DNA of 64,000 nt, from contig OZ251244.1 of NCBI GenBank assembly GCA_965240325.2, positions 372,001-436,000 of the forward strand, written 5' to 3'. This document shows, in pieces, positions 1 to 11,282 of this stretch. Both the position numbers and the translations under genes were made by a program. The notes under the pieces are model-generated. The model had not been told where the DNA came from. It ran no database searches and saw only the letters and a program-made list of their open reading frames with translations. Source of the DNA: Rebecca billardiae RCC1528. Taxonomy: Eukaryota; Protista; Haptophyta. Positions within the stretch are counted from its first letter, which is position 1. Each line of letters begins with the position of its first letter.

Positions 1-834
1 CAGATAGCGCTGGGCGAGGTCGATTGGTGCGTCAGATATTCGGCAACGACCAGCCCCGCTCGTGTGCCGCCGCTCGTGCTACTCTTGACGACCACCTCTG
101 GCTCGGTCGCGCGCACGAGGCTGCTCGCGGGCCCAATCGTGCCGTGTACCGTCAAGCTGTACCGTGCGCAGCGAGGCGCACTCAGACGTCCGCATGGGCT
201 CGCATGCGAGGGCCCGGCAGTGCGACGCGTCGATGGAGCATGCTCCGGATACGCTTCGGCGCACTTTCCGACGCGCACGAGCCGCTCGAAGGCGCGGAAG
301 GGCGCCCAAACGGGGCAACCGCCATTTTGCGCCACTTCGGCCCGGATGGCGGTCAAGGGAAATTGCTGGTGCGCTATCCTCAGAAAAGTTTAATCATATA
401 TATACGCGTCGTGAATGATTAAGTGCCGTGTGACCGCGCCGACCGCGAGAGTTCGGATGCCCGACACGGATGGTACGGTAGGACCGCGTGTACTCAGTAC
501 TGCCACGGCTGGCAATACCGATTACCGCGTGGCTCAGATCGGGAATTAATAGCGTAACCGTATGATACTTCTGTCCTGGGACTCACTGTCGTCATACCGC
601 GCGCGGACCGGGTCTCACGGGTCTGAGGCCCGTGCGCCAAGCCGCCTCCGAGCCGAGCCGGAGCCGTCGCCGGCGGTCACGGCTGCCGGACTCTTGGCCC
701 GCCCGGGACTCTGCTCCGGGTAGCTCACTGCAGCGTGCCAATCAAGCGGCGGCGGATTCACATTCGTGGTCATGTCCGCCAGCATATCGTAGTCGTCGCT
801 GCTTTCACTTTCGGTGGCTGCTATGCAAGTAGAC

Positions 835-1462
835 TTACTCAAGCACGAAGGTCACCTTGTTCATGAAGCCGGAAATGTCGCCATCTACTCCGTAAACGGA
901 CGCGTTGCCCGAGTTGACGACGGCCTTGTTGAAGCCGATGAACGGATTGTCTGTGGTGAGGGAGTAGTTCTCGCCGGCGTCCTGTAACGGACGCGCGCGC
1001 CGATGCGCATGCATTGCCAGCACTCAGCGATGACACCGTGAGCGCACGCACGCGGTGCTTGAACACACGCAAATGCGCGCGGGGGAGACGCGCGCGTACG
1101 GATGCATACGACACCGAGCAAGCCGCCGATCCGCCCATGCCCGATCGGACAGAATACTGGCCCCACGCAGTCGAAGACCCAACGCCTGCGAGGCTTGGTG
1201 GCGCCGCGGACGCGAAATGCCCAGCAGCGCAGCTTGTTCCCGTCAGCGTGACAGCGTGCGAACTCTTGTTGACGATGTTGACATCCGTGCCACGGTCGCC
1301 GAGCGGTCCGCCGTCAGACGACACCCAGTAGCCAACGGCGAACGCGGCGAGTGGAACGGCGATTTTGGCGGCGAGGGAGGTACCGCCCGCCACTGCGGGT
1401 GGTATTGGGGCACCGTCGGCCCCGATCTCGTAGAAGACACCGACCGGCGGCTCCCAGGCCAT
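835..1462 (-). CDS. Small secreted or membrane-anchored protein, aegerolysin/Cry34-like beta-sandwich (paralogue A). Exons 1462-1100 and 981-835
   Basis: A phase-0 GT..AG intron (1099-982) joins ...CSVSYAS to DAGENYSLTTDNPFIGFNK...VLE*. Hydrophobic N-terminal segment. Similar to the gene at 1836-2428. Confidence 0.6.
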
Positions 1463-1835
1463 TGTCGTGAGTGGTTGGTTGTCGCTCCAAGCTACCGCGG
1501 AGATCGCGCAAGGTAGTCACGGCTTGATGAGTTGAGAATGTACATACACATATGGGTAGTCGCGCCACGTCTGGTCTAGTACGTACTCAGAAACCGGGAC
1601 CTTGGACCGGTACTTGAGCGACCAATCATGATATTCATCCATGATCGTCGTGATCATGATTGGAGGATCAAAATATTCGTCAATGCAACAGCGCCAATAC
1701 TTCACTGTAGCTGGGTGAAGGGATGAAGCCAGCTGTAAAGTCATCAGTGAACGAACCCTTCCAACCGGAAGCCGGAACGACGACCCTGCAACTTCCAGCC
1801 GGCCTGCTCTCGCGCACAATTGCACGTACTCGCAC

Positions 1836-2428
1836 ATGCCCGTTCTCGTGACCTTGGGCGGCATCGCCCTCGGCGCGGGCATCGGCGGGGCTTGGCTGAC
1901 GACGAGGGGTGGTCCCCTCGGGATGTTTGGCGGCCGCGGGACCAACATTCTCGTCGCCAACAACACGGGCGAGGACATCACGTTTGACCAAGGCTCTGCG
2001 GCCTGCGAGTGGGGGCGCTACGACCCTGCCGCGCCCACCACTCCCCTACCAGGGAAGGCAGAAGACGGCACCATGTCCTGGTACAAGTTTGGCACGGACA
2101 GCAACGGCGCCTCCGCGTCCTGTGGTGGCAAGTTCGTGTCTTCGGTACGTTGCATCAATCACCGGCTCACCGCTTGCGCGAATGCTGTGCGCTATAGTGC
2201 GCAAACGCGTGCTGACATGATGGCTGCTGTGCTCGCCGCGTCCGTGTTGCGGATGGCGAATAGGGTGGCACGGAGTACTCGTTCTACTCGTACAACCCCT
2301 ACGTGGGTAACAACCACGTGAACCACAGTCCCAACGTGTCGGTCTTTGACGCTTTGGGTCACCCCGAAGGCTCTGAGCAGTATGACATCGGTGGATTCGT
2401 GAACGTGGTTCAGCTCCGACTCGACTAA
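1836..2428 (+). CDS. Small secreted or membrane-anchored protein, aegerolysin/Cry34-like beta-sandwich (paralogue B). Exons 1836-2144 and 2264-2428
   Basis: A phase-0 GT..AG intron (2145-2263) joins ...CGGKFVSS to GGTEYSFYSYNPYVGNNH...LRLD*. Shares GGPLG..RGT, NP(F/Y)xGxN and DIxGFxN with paralogue A. Confidence 0.6.
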
Positions 2429-4238
2429 GTTCGGTCTAGCAGTGGAGACGACAGTCATCTCCACTTGCTGCGGCGGCGTGCTCGAGGAGCCGTTGGCCGG
2501 CCAAGTCCCTCTGGCCCGAGTCCCGCGACCGCGGCGCGGACCCGCGCCCAAGGCTGGGCGTGTGTGACGCGTCATGCCACGTGACGTCACGTCATGACGT
2601 CATGACGTGACGCGAGGAATGGCGTAACGTGACGCCCGGACAGCGCTCTGCCCACGCCTGGCACACCCGGACTCACAGTAGTGCCACAGGCGTCAGGCGG
2701 CTGCGCGCGCGCGCGCGGGCGCGCGGCGCCGCCGTCGGCCCGGCCGCCGCGGTGCTCGGGGCGGCGGTGCAGCCCTGGCCCCAACTCCAGCTCCACTGCC
2801 ACATGGGTGCGGGAGCGGGAGCCCTCGCCTTTGGGCGACGAGCCCACCTCCTCTGTGCGGTCTGGCCAGCAGCCGGAACCCGGCGCACTCCCGCCTACGG
2901 GAAGGGACTACTGTACCCCTGAAACGTCACCAGTGACTCATCATTTATTGCGTTATGAACTATCACCAGCGCCAATTACAAGAATACATACGTAACGCGG
3001 ACGAAACGGTACCCGCCAAAAGACGTGTTGCTATGACGCGTGAATTACGCGCGTAAAACGCGTGCTGACGTCATGACGTGACGCGCTGGAAACTGGGCGT
3101 ACGGTCATGACGCGTCATAGGCCAGACATATATAGCCCACGCCTGCCCGCGCCGTCCTGCGCGCGCCGGGGCCGCGCGGGACCCGCGGTGGCTACCGTAC
3201 GGCCGAGCAGTCTCAGCACTCACTGCTGCACAACTCGACAGTATCTATATATGGGCCGGCGGGGCCGCCGTCGGTGTCGCGCCCGGGGGCCTGAGCCCTG
3301 ACCGGTTACCGCGGGGTTCCTGCTGCCACCAGTTAGAGTTGGCGGGCCGCTATATACTATATATAATAATATACTGAGTACTCAGATGGCCAGTGACACG
3401 GGCTCAACAGTGACACCGGGTCCGGGGCTGACATCAGATATATTATAACCGCGTATTATTATAATATGAATCGCAGAATTCGGCATCAGCAAATCCGTGA
3501 CAACGGATGCCACAATCACCCGGTCACGGTCCGGCCGCCGTACCGTAGTCCGCGCGTACAGTACGGCCGATACCGAGCAGAGAGTACTGCGTGCGATGAA
3601 GGATGGCGCGGCCGAACCTGCGTCCTGCCACTGCGTGAGCCTTACGCACGTTTAAATAAAACTCAACTGATAAATATAATGATCTCGCCTGCCTGAGCTG
3701 TGTGCGTCTTAGTAAACTGTACCGCGACTGGCAGTTACCGGGATTCTGAGTGAGCAGAGTGCGGCCCGGAAGTCCGCGTGTGAATGAAGTGAGAGTTCCG
3801 GGCGCCGACCCGGACACCGCGTATCCGGTCAAGCCGAGCCGCTGGCGCGGAAGCCTGACGTCCGTGAGTGACTGATTGTGCCGGCCGGGCGGTTCGTCAT
3901 CGCAGACCGCATATTCAGTCCGCGTGACTTGACGTGACTTCGGGAGCCCAGTTACCTGGCGGCTCAGATATAGATATACTATAGATAGACCGGATGAGGC
4001 GCCGGCCGGGCGCCGGCCGCCCGGCGCGGGCCGGCGGCGTCGCCGCGCATGGCGGCATCGCCCCGCGGACACGAGTCACGGTGACTCGCGCGCCGGCAGG
4101 CCCGCAAGGGCAACGCCGGCTGCATCCGGGCCACCGCGGCGGCCGCCGGGCGCTCGGGAGCCGCGCTGGACCGGTATAGTCCGTCACTCCGTCACTCTCA
4201 GAGCAGTGTCTCGGCTGCTGGTTTCTTTTATAAATAAA

Positions 4239-4249
4239 GAGAGAGCGAG

Positions 4250-4289
<40 letters not shown>

Positions 4290-4334
4290 CGAGAGAGAGA
4301 GTAAGAGAGAGCTGAGAGAGAGATCGAGAGAGAG

Positions 4335-4372
<38 letters not shown>
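4239..4372. repeat. (GA)n microsatellite
   Basis: Directly visible imperfect GA dinucleotide tract. Confidence 0.95.
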
Positions 4373-4373
<1 letters not shown>

Positions 4374-4442
4374 CTATAAATATATAGTGGGACTGTGCGG
4401 TCGTATAGCGAACCAGCCTGATTATCAGAATATCGTCCGTAA

Positions 4443-5776
4443 CGTCAATATATGCCGGCCCCCCATTAATCAAATTTTCGCAGCAGTTTTTTCGGCCTGG
4501 CGTCAGTCTGAAAGGGCCTGGGACCAAGCTAAGTGGCTCGATAGAGAGCCCAGGTACACCCCAACATGCGCCTGGGGCGTTGGCGCCCGAGCCCATCGGC
4601 ATCACCGCTCCAGCCGCTCTCGCACACGCGCGCGTAGCACGTGTCCTACACGGACGAAAGGGACCCCATTGATCAAAATCACAGTGATGACGAGGCTCAT
4701 GAGGGCTGCCACGGCGTCCCTTTCGCTATCGAAGCCATCCTTGGCGTACCGCAAGTGTATACCAATGTGCTCGCACGGCTCCTGCGCGGAGTTGACGCCA
4801 TAGGCTGCTCGTCATACCTCACGGTTGCGACACGCGTGTAGCTTGCGACGTTGCTAGTGCAGTCGTCGGGCACGCCGCCGCTCGCGTCACTGCTTCGGAT
4901 GGGCACATATTTGCGCTCTCGATCTCGAGCACTTACACGGTCACAAATAGTCGATCCATTGCCCCAGCGTCGGCGTTCGAGTCTGAGTCGTCGATCAGCC
5001 AGGCACCTGTTGCGAGTCGCGCATCCTGTCGTGCATGCCGTGCCGCCGCTGGCATCCCGGACACCTTGATCGCGCGAGCTTCCATGGGACCTCGGCGGGT
5101 GAGACGAGCCCTGCGCGGCAGCCGAGATAACCAGCGCTACCATTCACCCCCGTCTCGCGATTCGCCGCCGCGTGCCCATTCTCATCCATGGGATCACCTG
5201 CTGATGCGCCGCAACCGATCCGTCTGATGCGTGGATGAGCACTCAGAGCAGCTGCAGACGATCACTCCTGCTTCACGTCATCATCTTCTTGGGCCTGGGT
5301 GCCCATCTGATCCATCCGCCGTCGCTCCCAACGCCGTCATGGGTTGCCCGGCTTGCGGCCGCCTCTCCTGGGCCCAAGCACCCAAAGTGCTGGGTTCCTG
5401 GTGACTTTTGGCAGCCATGCATCGCTCGGCGAGGCATTGGCCTGGCGAGCTTCCGGCTTGGTCGTCGATTCCCCGGCACGTCTTGGCGGGTTGTCCGATG
5501 GAAGCTTCGGCCACGGCGAGGTTTTGTTCGGCGGCTAGAGGCCAGAAACTTCCGAGTTTTTGCTCTGAAACCTCAGATCTGCTCACAAAAATGGCGGGCT
5601 CACGGCCGATGGCGGCGGAGTTGGCGGTGGCGCTACGGGGCTTTCTGAAGCGCCTATGCGTGGGGCATCTAGCGCTCACTGGGGACCAGGTAGCTGCAGT
5701 GACCCCCTCGCCTACTATGCACGCAGAAGTGCAGAATTTGATCAATGGGGTCCTTTGATTAATGGGGGTTTTGACG
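4443..5776. mobile_element. Candidate non-autonomous TIR element (about 1.3 kb)
   Basis: cccccattaatcaaa (4460-4474) and ggaccccattgatcaaa (4661-4677) reappear reverse-complemented and adjacent at 5737-5768. cgtcaa/ttgacg mark the outer ends. No convincing ORF inside. Confidence 0.45.
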
Positions 5777-5789
5777 CTATCTAGAGTAT

Positions 5790-6341
5790 CTACGCGAGGA
5801 AGCCGAGCTGCGCGCCGTTTTGCTTGGCGAGCTTGATAAGGTTGGTGCGCAGGGTTTTGGGCGCTTCGCTCGTGAACTCGTCATAGTCGAGTGCACCGTT
5901 CTCGTCGGCGTCCGCGCGCGCAAAGATCTGCTCGATCTGCCCCTCGCTCAGGTGGCTGAAGCCGAGGCGGCGCAGCGCATCTTTCAACTCCTCCGGCTCG
6001 AGCGAGCCGTTCTGGTTCGCGTCCGCGAGCTCGAAGAGCTTGTTAAGCGCCTCGCGGCCGAGCGGCGTGTCGTGCGTGCCCACAAACGACGTGATGACGT
6101 TGGTGTGCGCCGCGATCGCCTTCCCTCGGAGCTTGTTCAGCTCTGGAACTCCCATCACCTCCTTGGCCGCCATAACAAGCGGCGCGAACGGGCCGGTGGC
6201 CGGGTGCTTGACGGTGGACATGGTCGAGGGCAAGCCGCCGCGCGGCATCTGCGTTCGTGCGAGGCGAGATGCGTGCGGGCCGAACGTCGTGGCCGTCGGC
6301 AGGGCGAGGAGCGCGAGGAAGGCGGCGGTGCGCGAGAACAT
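5790..6341 (-). CDS. EF-hand calcium-binding protein, probably plastid-targeted
   Basis: MFSRTAAFLALLALPTATTFGP resembles a signal plus transit peptide. Two canonical EF loops: DANQNGSLEPEE and DADENGALDYDE. Confidence 0.85.
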   Translation of the reverse strand: MFSRTAAFLALLALPTATTFGPHASRLARTQMPRGGLPSTMSTVKHPATGPFAPLVMAAKEVMGVPELNKLRGKAIAAHTNVITSFVGTHDTPLGREALNKLFELADANQNGSLEPEELKDALRRLGFSHLSEGQIEQIFARADADENGALDYDEFTSEAPKTLRTNLIKLAKQNGAQLGFLA

Positions 6342-6760
6342 CGTGTCGAGAGAGTGGACGCGGTTGCGGACTTGCTGTGCGTTGGTGCGGTGCAGCACTT
6401 GGTCGGCGAAGCCTCCCGAAGCTCTCCAGCCGTTCGCGCGCTTCCGATCCTGCTTTGCGCGGGTGCTCGTCCGGGTGTAACCAAGCCCTTGAACCAAGGG
6501 AGGTCCGGGCCGGGAGCTCCCAAGCGAGCGGCCAGCGCGACATCACTCCGAAGTTTTGAGTTTTCCCTCAGCCGAAGCCCGCCTCCGCCGTGCATGGCGT
6601 CGACGGTGACCAATGCGACGGAAGCGCAGCGCCAACGGCGTACGACGCGCAGCGGACGCACCTCCCGGGTCTGTCGCCGTGGCAGCAACCGAATCTTCGC
6701 GAGTTGGCGACCCTCGCCGCAGCGCGACACAGACAAGCCAGTGATGCCATCCGCAGAGAG

Positions 6761-7200
6761 ATGAAACGTCGAGCATGCAACATCGCCGGGCCATCCTCGT
6801 CCATGGCGCAGGCGCTGCGGGACGAGGCAGAAGTCGTCACGCCGGTGACGGATGCGCTGCGATTCGTGTGCCTGCGTGAGCAGCTCGTGCCCACTCTCGA
6901 TCGCGAGTGGCACACGCTGTCGCTGGGCGCGCGCGCGCGCACAACCAACAGCTCCTCGTGCCGCCAATAAAACACGCGGGCGCCAGACCTGTCGAAGAGG
7001 CGAAGAGCGACGACCGCGTGAACGTCAAAGCGCTCGTGCTCAGCGTGGCGGCCGTGTACGATGTCAACGCGACCTGCGCCGAGCCCATCATGCCCGGAGC
7101 GGACATCGGCAAGCGTCCTCGCGACGACCGCTCTCGGCTGGCGGCAGGAGGACATCTTGAGACTGCGCTGAGAGGTCTCAGAGGCTGCCGAATCGCTTAG
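6761..7200 (+). CDS. Hypothetical protein, probably two exons
   Basis: Two plausible coding segments (MKRRACNIAG... and LLVPPIKHAG...RIA*) separated by a GC-run intron-like stretch ending in CAG near 6951. No recognisable domain. Confidence 0.3.
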
Positions 7201-7475
7201 ATCTCGCATAAGTATGTATGTGATCTCGCAAGCGCAGCGGCAAAACAATAATAATGAGATTGCCAGATTGGGACGAATCTCCAATGTAAGTATGTAACCG
7301 ACCGGGACGGTAATAATACCGGCGCCCAGCCGCCGCGCGCGCGCCCGCCGCTCGCTCGTCAAGTCGTCAGCGGCGGCAAGGCGGCGCGGACCGGCCCATC
7401 GGAGTGGCGAGCAGGACCAAGGAGCGGGTGGGCACGGCTTCAACCGCGGGGCCACGCGCTCGCTGCTCGCGCCGC

Positions 7476-9518
7476 ATGCGTGCCGTGCTCATCGTCGTCG
7501 CGCTCGCCGCCGGCGGCGTCGACGCTGCGTGCCCGTGCCTCGGCTCCTCCGAGACGCTGAGCGCCCTCGCGCCGTACATCAGCAGCGGCGACCTGCAGTA
7601 TCTCGGGGTCACGTACCCCGACTCGTATGGCGCCGACGCGTGCGCGGCGTTCGACAGCAGCCTCGAGCCGTACTGCGCGAATTCGACGGGCGCGCCGCTC
7701 GACACCCGCCCCGAGTGGTGCGACGACCAGTGGTGCTTCGTCGACCCCGACAACTGCGACCTGCCCATCGCGTTCAAGTCGACGTATTTCCCGGACTCTG
7801 ACCTGTCGTACTCGTACATGGCGTGCGGCAACAACGCGACGTTCAGCGCGTGGTTCAACGCGACGGGCGCGGGGCGCACGATCGACGAGGTGGCCGGGCT
7901 CGTCGAGTCGTACGTCTACGCCATCCGCGACCACGTCGAGACCGAAATCGCCAACTTTGCGGCGGGCGGGTGCGAGGTGCCGGGCTGCACGTGCCCGACG
8001 TGCAACGCAAGCGGCGTCACGTGGGGCGACACGAGCGTCGAGCTGAGCGCGACGATCTTCAAGGAGGCGGCGGGCACGAGCGCGTCCTCCCAGTCCACCT
8101 GCATCGCGCACACCATGGGCGCCGCCTTCTCGCGCATCGCCGGCTCGGTGTTTGACGAGCCGACGAGCATCGGCTACATGTACGGCGCGACGCAGGCCGA
8201 CGGGGCGTACGCGCAATGGCCGGCGCTCGAGTGGTGCGACGACTTCAACCCGCGGCTGCGGCCGTGGTACGCGATGGCGGCTTCGGGCCCCAAGCGCGTC
8301 GTCATCGTCGCCGACACCTCCGGCTCGATGGCCGAGCTCGAGCGCATCACGATCGCGCGCGAGGCGGTGCAGCGCGTGATCGACACGTTCACCTGGCGCG
8401 ACTCGGCCTCGCTCGTCGAGTTCGCGAGCACCGCGGAGGTGTACTCGGAGACGCTGCTGCAGATGACGGACGCGAACAAGGAGGCGATGAAGGCGCAGGC
8501 CGCGAGCATGACCGCGGTCGGCACGACCAACTTCGTCGCGGCGCTCAGCGCGGCGCTCGACATCCTTGAGGGCGGCTCGGAGTACGGCTGCATCAACGCG
8601 ATTCTCTTCATGACTGACGGGCACGCCGACTTCAGCGACAGCGACTACGCGAGCTTCATCTCGCGCGCGGAGGCGCTCGGCCTGATCGTCTTCTCGTACG
8701 CGCTCGGCTCCGACGCCGACGGCACCGTGCCCAAGCAGGTCGCGTGCGGCACCGAGGGCGTGTTCCACACGGTCGCGGACGGCGGCGACCTGACGGGCGC
8801 GATGACTTCCTACTACTCCTACTACATCGCCGCGACTGGCGCGCGGCAGGCGCGGTGGGTGCAGTACAACGACCTGATCACGGGGGTCGAGATGCTCGCC
8901 TCGTGCGCGCCGGTGTACAACCCCGCGCTCTCCGCCACCGACGGGCTCAACGAGCTGCTCGCCGTCGTGTGCATGGACGTGAACGTGTTTGTTGAGCTCG
9001 AGGTGCTGAGCGCGCGCAACGACTACCAGGACTTCATCACGCGCGTGACGAACAAGACGGACGTGTGCCTGCCCGTGTGGGAAGGGCTCGAGGCGGAGGG
9101 GCAGACGCGGGACAACACGTTCGAGGCGGTGCGGCTGCGCCTCGACAACGTCGGCGCGCAGTCGTGCGTGCCCACGCTCGTGGTGGACACGGGCAGCGAC
9201 GAGGATGAGGACGACGACGGCGGCGGCGACGAGGAGACGACGCTCACCGGCGCGTGCGTCGGGGCGGACTGCCCTGGGGAGCGGTGGTGGAGCCCGGCGT
9301 GGGTGATCCCCACGATGGTCGGCGCGCCGATCGGCCTGATACTTCTCGCGTCCGCCGTGGTCGCGATCGCGAAGGGCTGGCTGGCTGTACCGTGCTGCGG
9401 CTGGTGCGCGGCCGCCGCGGCCGCCCTCCCGACGGCCCCGCCGCCGTTGCCAAAAGGGCCAGCCCAGCTCAAAGAGTTCAACTCGATCGCCGACTTGAGC
9501 GCCGCGAACGACGCGTAG
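7476..9518 (+). CDS. Type I membrane VWA/Cache protein, voltage-gated Ca-channel alpha2delta/CACHD1-like
   Basis: Signal peptide, Cys-rich N-terminal module, FNPRLRPWY...SGPKRVVIVADTSGSM (alpha2delta-type Cache-VWA junction with MIDAS DxSxS), MTDG, and a C-terminal TM helix. Intronless. Confidence 0.8.
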   Translation: MRAVLIVVALAAGGVDAACPCLGSSETLSALAPYISSGDLQYLGVTYPDSYGADACAAFDSSLEPYCANSTGAPLDTRPEWCDDQWCFVDPDNCDLPIAFKSTYFPDSDLSYSYMACGNNATFSAWFNATGAGRTIDEVAGLVESYVYAIRDHVETEIANFAAGGCEVPGCTCPTCNASGVTWGDTSVELSATIFKEAAGTSASSQSTCIAHTMGAAFSRIAGSVFDEPTSIGYMYGATQADGAYAQWPALEWCDDFNPRLRPWYAMAASGPKRVVIVADTSGSMAELERITIAREAVQRVIDTFTWRDSASLVEFASTAEVYSETLLQMTDANKEAMKAQAASMTAVGTTNFVAALSAALDILEGGSEYGCINAILFMTDGHADFSDSDYASFISRAEALGLIVFSYALGSDADGTVPKQVACGTEGVFHTVADGGDLTGAMTSYYSYYIAATGARQARWVQYNDLITGVEMLASCAPVYNPALSATDGLNELLAVVCMDVNVFVELEVLSARNDYQDFITRVTNKTDVCLPVWEGLEAEGQTRDNTFEAVRLRLDNVGAQSCVPTLVVDTGSDEDEDDDGGGDEETTLTGACVGADCPGERWWSPAWVIPTMVGAPIGLILLASAVVAIAKGWLAVPCCGWCAAAAAALPTAPPPLPKGPAQLKEFNSIADLSAANDA

Positions 9519-9980
9519 CCGCTCGAGCGGCGGCGCTGCGCAGCCAGTGTCGGCGCGCATGGCCGTCCCGTATCGCTGTTGACAGGCTAGGTCGCGCGCG
9601 GCGGCGCCGCACCCGATGTCTGCCGCCGGCACCGTCGAGTGACTCCTGAGAGAGACTCAGTGACTCAGTCACGATGACGAGTGCGGCATGCCGCATGGCA
9701 AGCGCGCGCCGTTCCAGCCCGTTCGTCAGCGGCGCTGGCGTCTCAGCCTGCCGTCTCTGGCTGCAGGAGTTCTGGAGCTGAGCACATAATTCTGGTGAAC
9801 ACAGCTTTAAACAATTTTAATTCGTGACAAAGCCCTGGGAGACCCAGCTCCGACCCCCTTTAATTGTGTGTCACCTACTGCTGGGGAAAGTAATACCGGA
9901 GTAGGAATACGAAGAATGGGGCCTCAAACGTTTTTTGATTAGGCACGCCTCGGGAATCGAGAACGCATGTCGTTACCTTT

Positions 9981-11171
9981 TTGAGCGCGCGCCATAGGGA
10001 TGTCGTTGCGATTCCCACCTATTTGTTGACGCTTTTCTCGACCATCCGCTCCCCAGTCGAGCAGAACCGCGACGCACAAGGCCCACAAGTGCTTTCGCCG
10101 CCGCGCCGCGTGACCTCGGCACACACGATTGAGTATGACGAACGAGCGCGCTGCTGCAGGAGGCGAAGGCCGCGCGCGACACGCAGAATGGCGCTCAGCC
10201 GGCGTGGCTCGACTCGCACACACGTGCGCGACCGAGGAACAGCTCCGCGGGCCTCCGCCGCCAACCCAGCGCCGGATGCCATCGTCGGCGTCGCGAGGAA
10301 CTGCGCCGATCTGGCGGAGATCCAGCGGCACGTGGCGGCGATCAAGCAGCCGCGACCGCATCAGATGACGTGCACGAACGGCCTCATGGAGAAGCTCGTA
10401 CCACAAGCCTACCATAAGCCACCCGCTCGCCGACTAGTGCCCGACTACTACTACTCGCCCCGCTGGCTCGTCATCAACAGGCGCGGCCGTCGAGCCGTCA
10501 CCCGCGCCGCGCGCGGCTCACGGCGCCATTGCGGAGGTGCGTGCCCGCCGGCACGAGCTGCACGAAACAACATGCACACCGACGCGAGCCGCTCGTACCA
10601 TGTCGTGCCCGACGGGCCGTGCTCAGCGACAGCTTAGCAGGATTGTCTACGCCGTGCAGTCGCGCCAGTTGTGCCCTGCCGGCCTGCGCCGCTCGCCCCG
10701 CACCTACAGCCAGTGGGCCATCCGCGGTGCGTGCCGTTGCCGTGCCGTCGTGCCCGAGCGGCCGTGCGCAGCGACGACTGCATCGACGCGCGCCTCGCCG
10801 TGCGCCTCGATGGGCCTTGCAGAACCGCGGCACCGCCGACCGCGCGCGCGCGCCGTGCGGCGCGCCACCGGATGATAGTTGATACCGGTACGGGTAGTCA
10901 GCGCTGAACGGCCAACTCGTCCCATCGTCGTCGGGTCTGCTGGCCCTGGGAAGCTTCTCCGTCGCGTCCTACACGCGCTGTGTTCGACCAGCCCCACCGG
11001 GACAAGGCCGCAAGGCCCCCGCTGTTTAACTGGCTGCGCCGCGACGGAGTCATGCCCGGTAGCTTCGACGCCTTGCCCGACATCATCGGCAGTCGCTGCC
11101 AACAGTGCTGGCGCGGAGTCGGCGGAGTGTGTCAGTGTGGCGCCATTCGTGGTTTTCCGTTTTTCCTATGA
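9981..11171 (+). CDS. Possible multi-exon hypothetical gene (boundaries unresolved)
   Basis: Coding-like segments (PDAIVGVARNCADLAEIQRH...YYYSPRWLVINR; LSRIVYAVQSRQLC) alternate with GC-run intron-like stretches. I could not build a complete model. Confidence 0.25.
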
Positions 11172-11282
11172 TGAAACCATTGCGCCCAGCAATGGTAAAC
11201 CGGCCCGGGCAGCGTCGCGACGGCGTCGACTCACGCCCGCGCGTCTCGACCCCGTGGCGGTTGGCCGCACGTGATCGCGACG

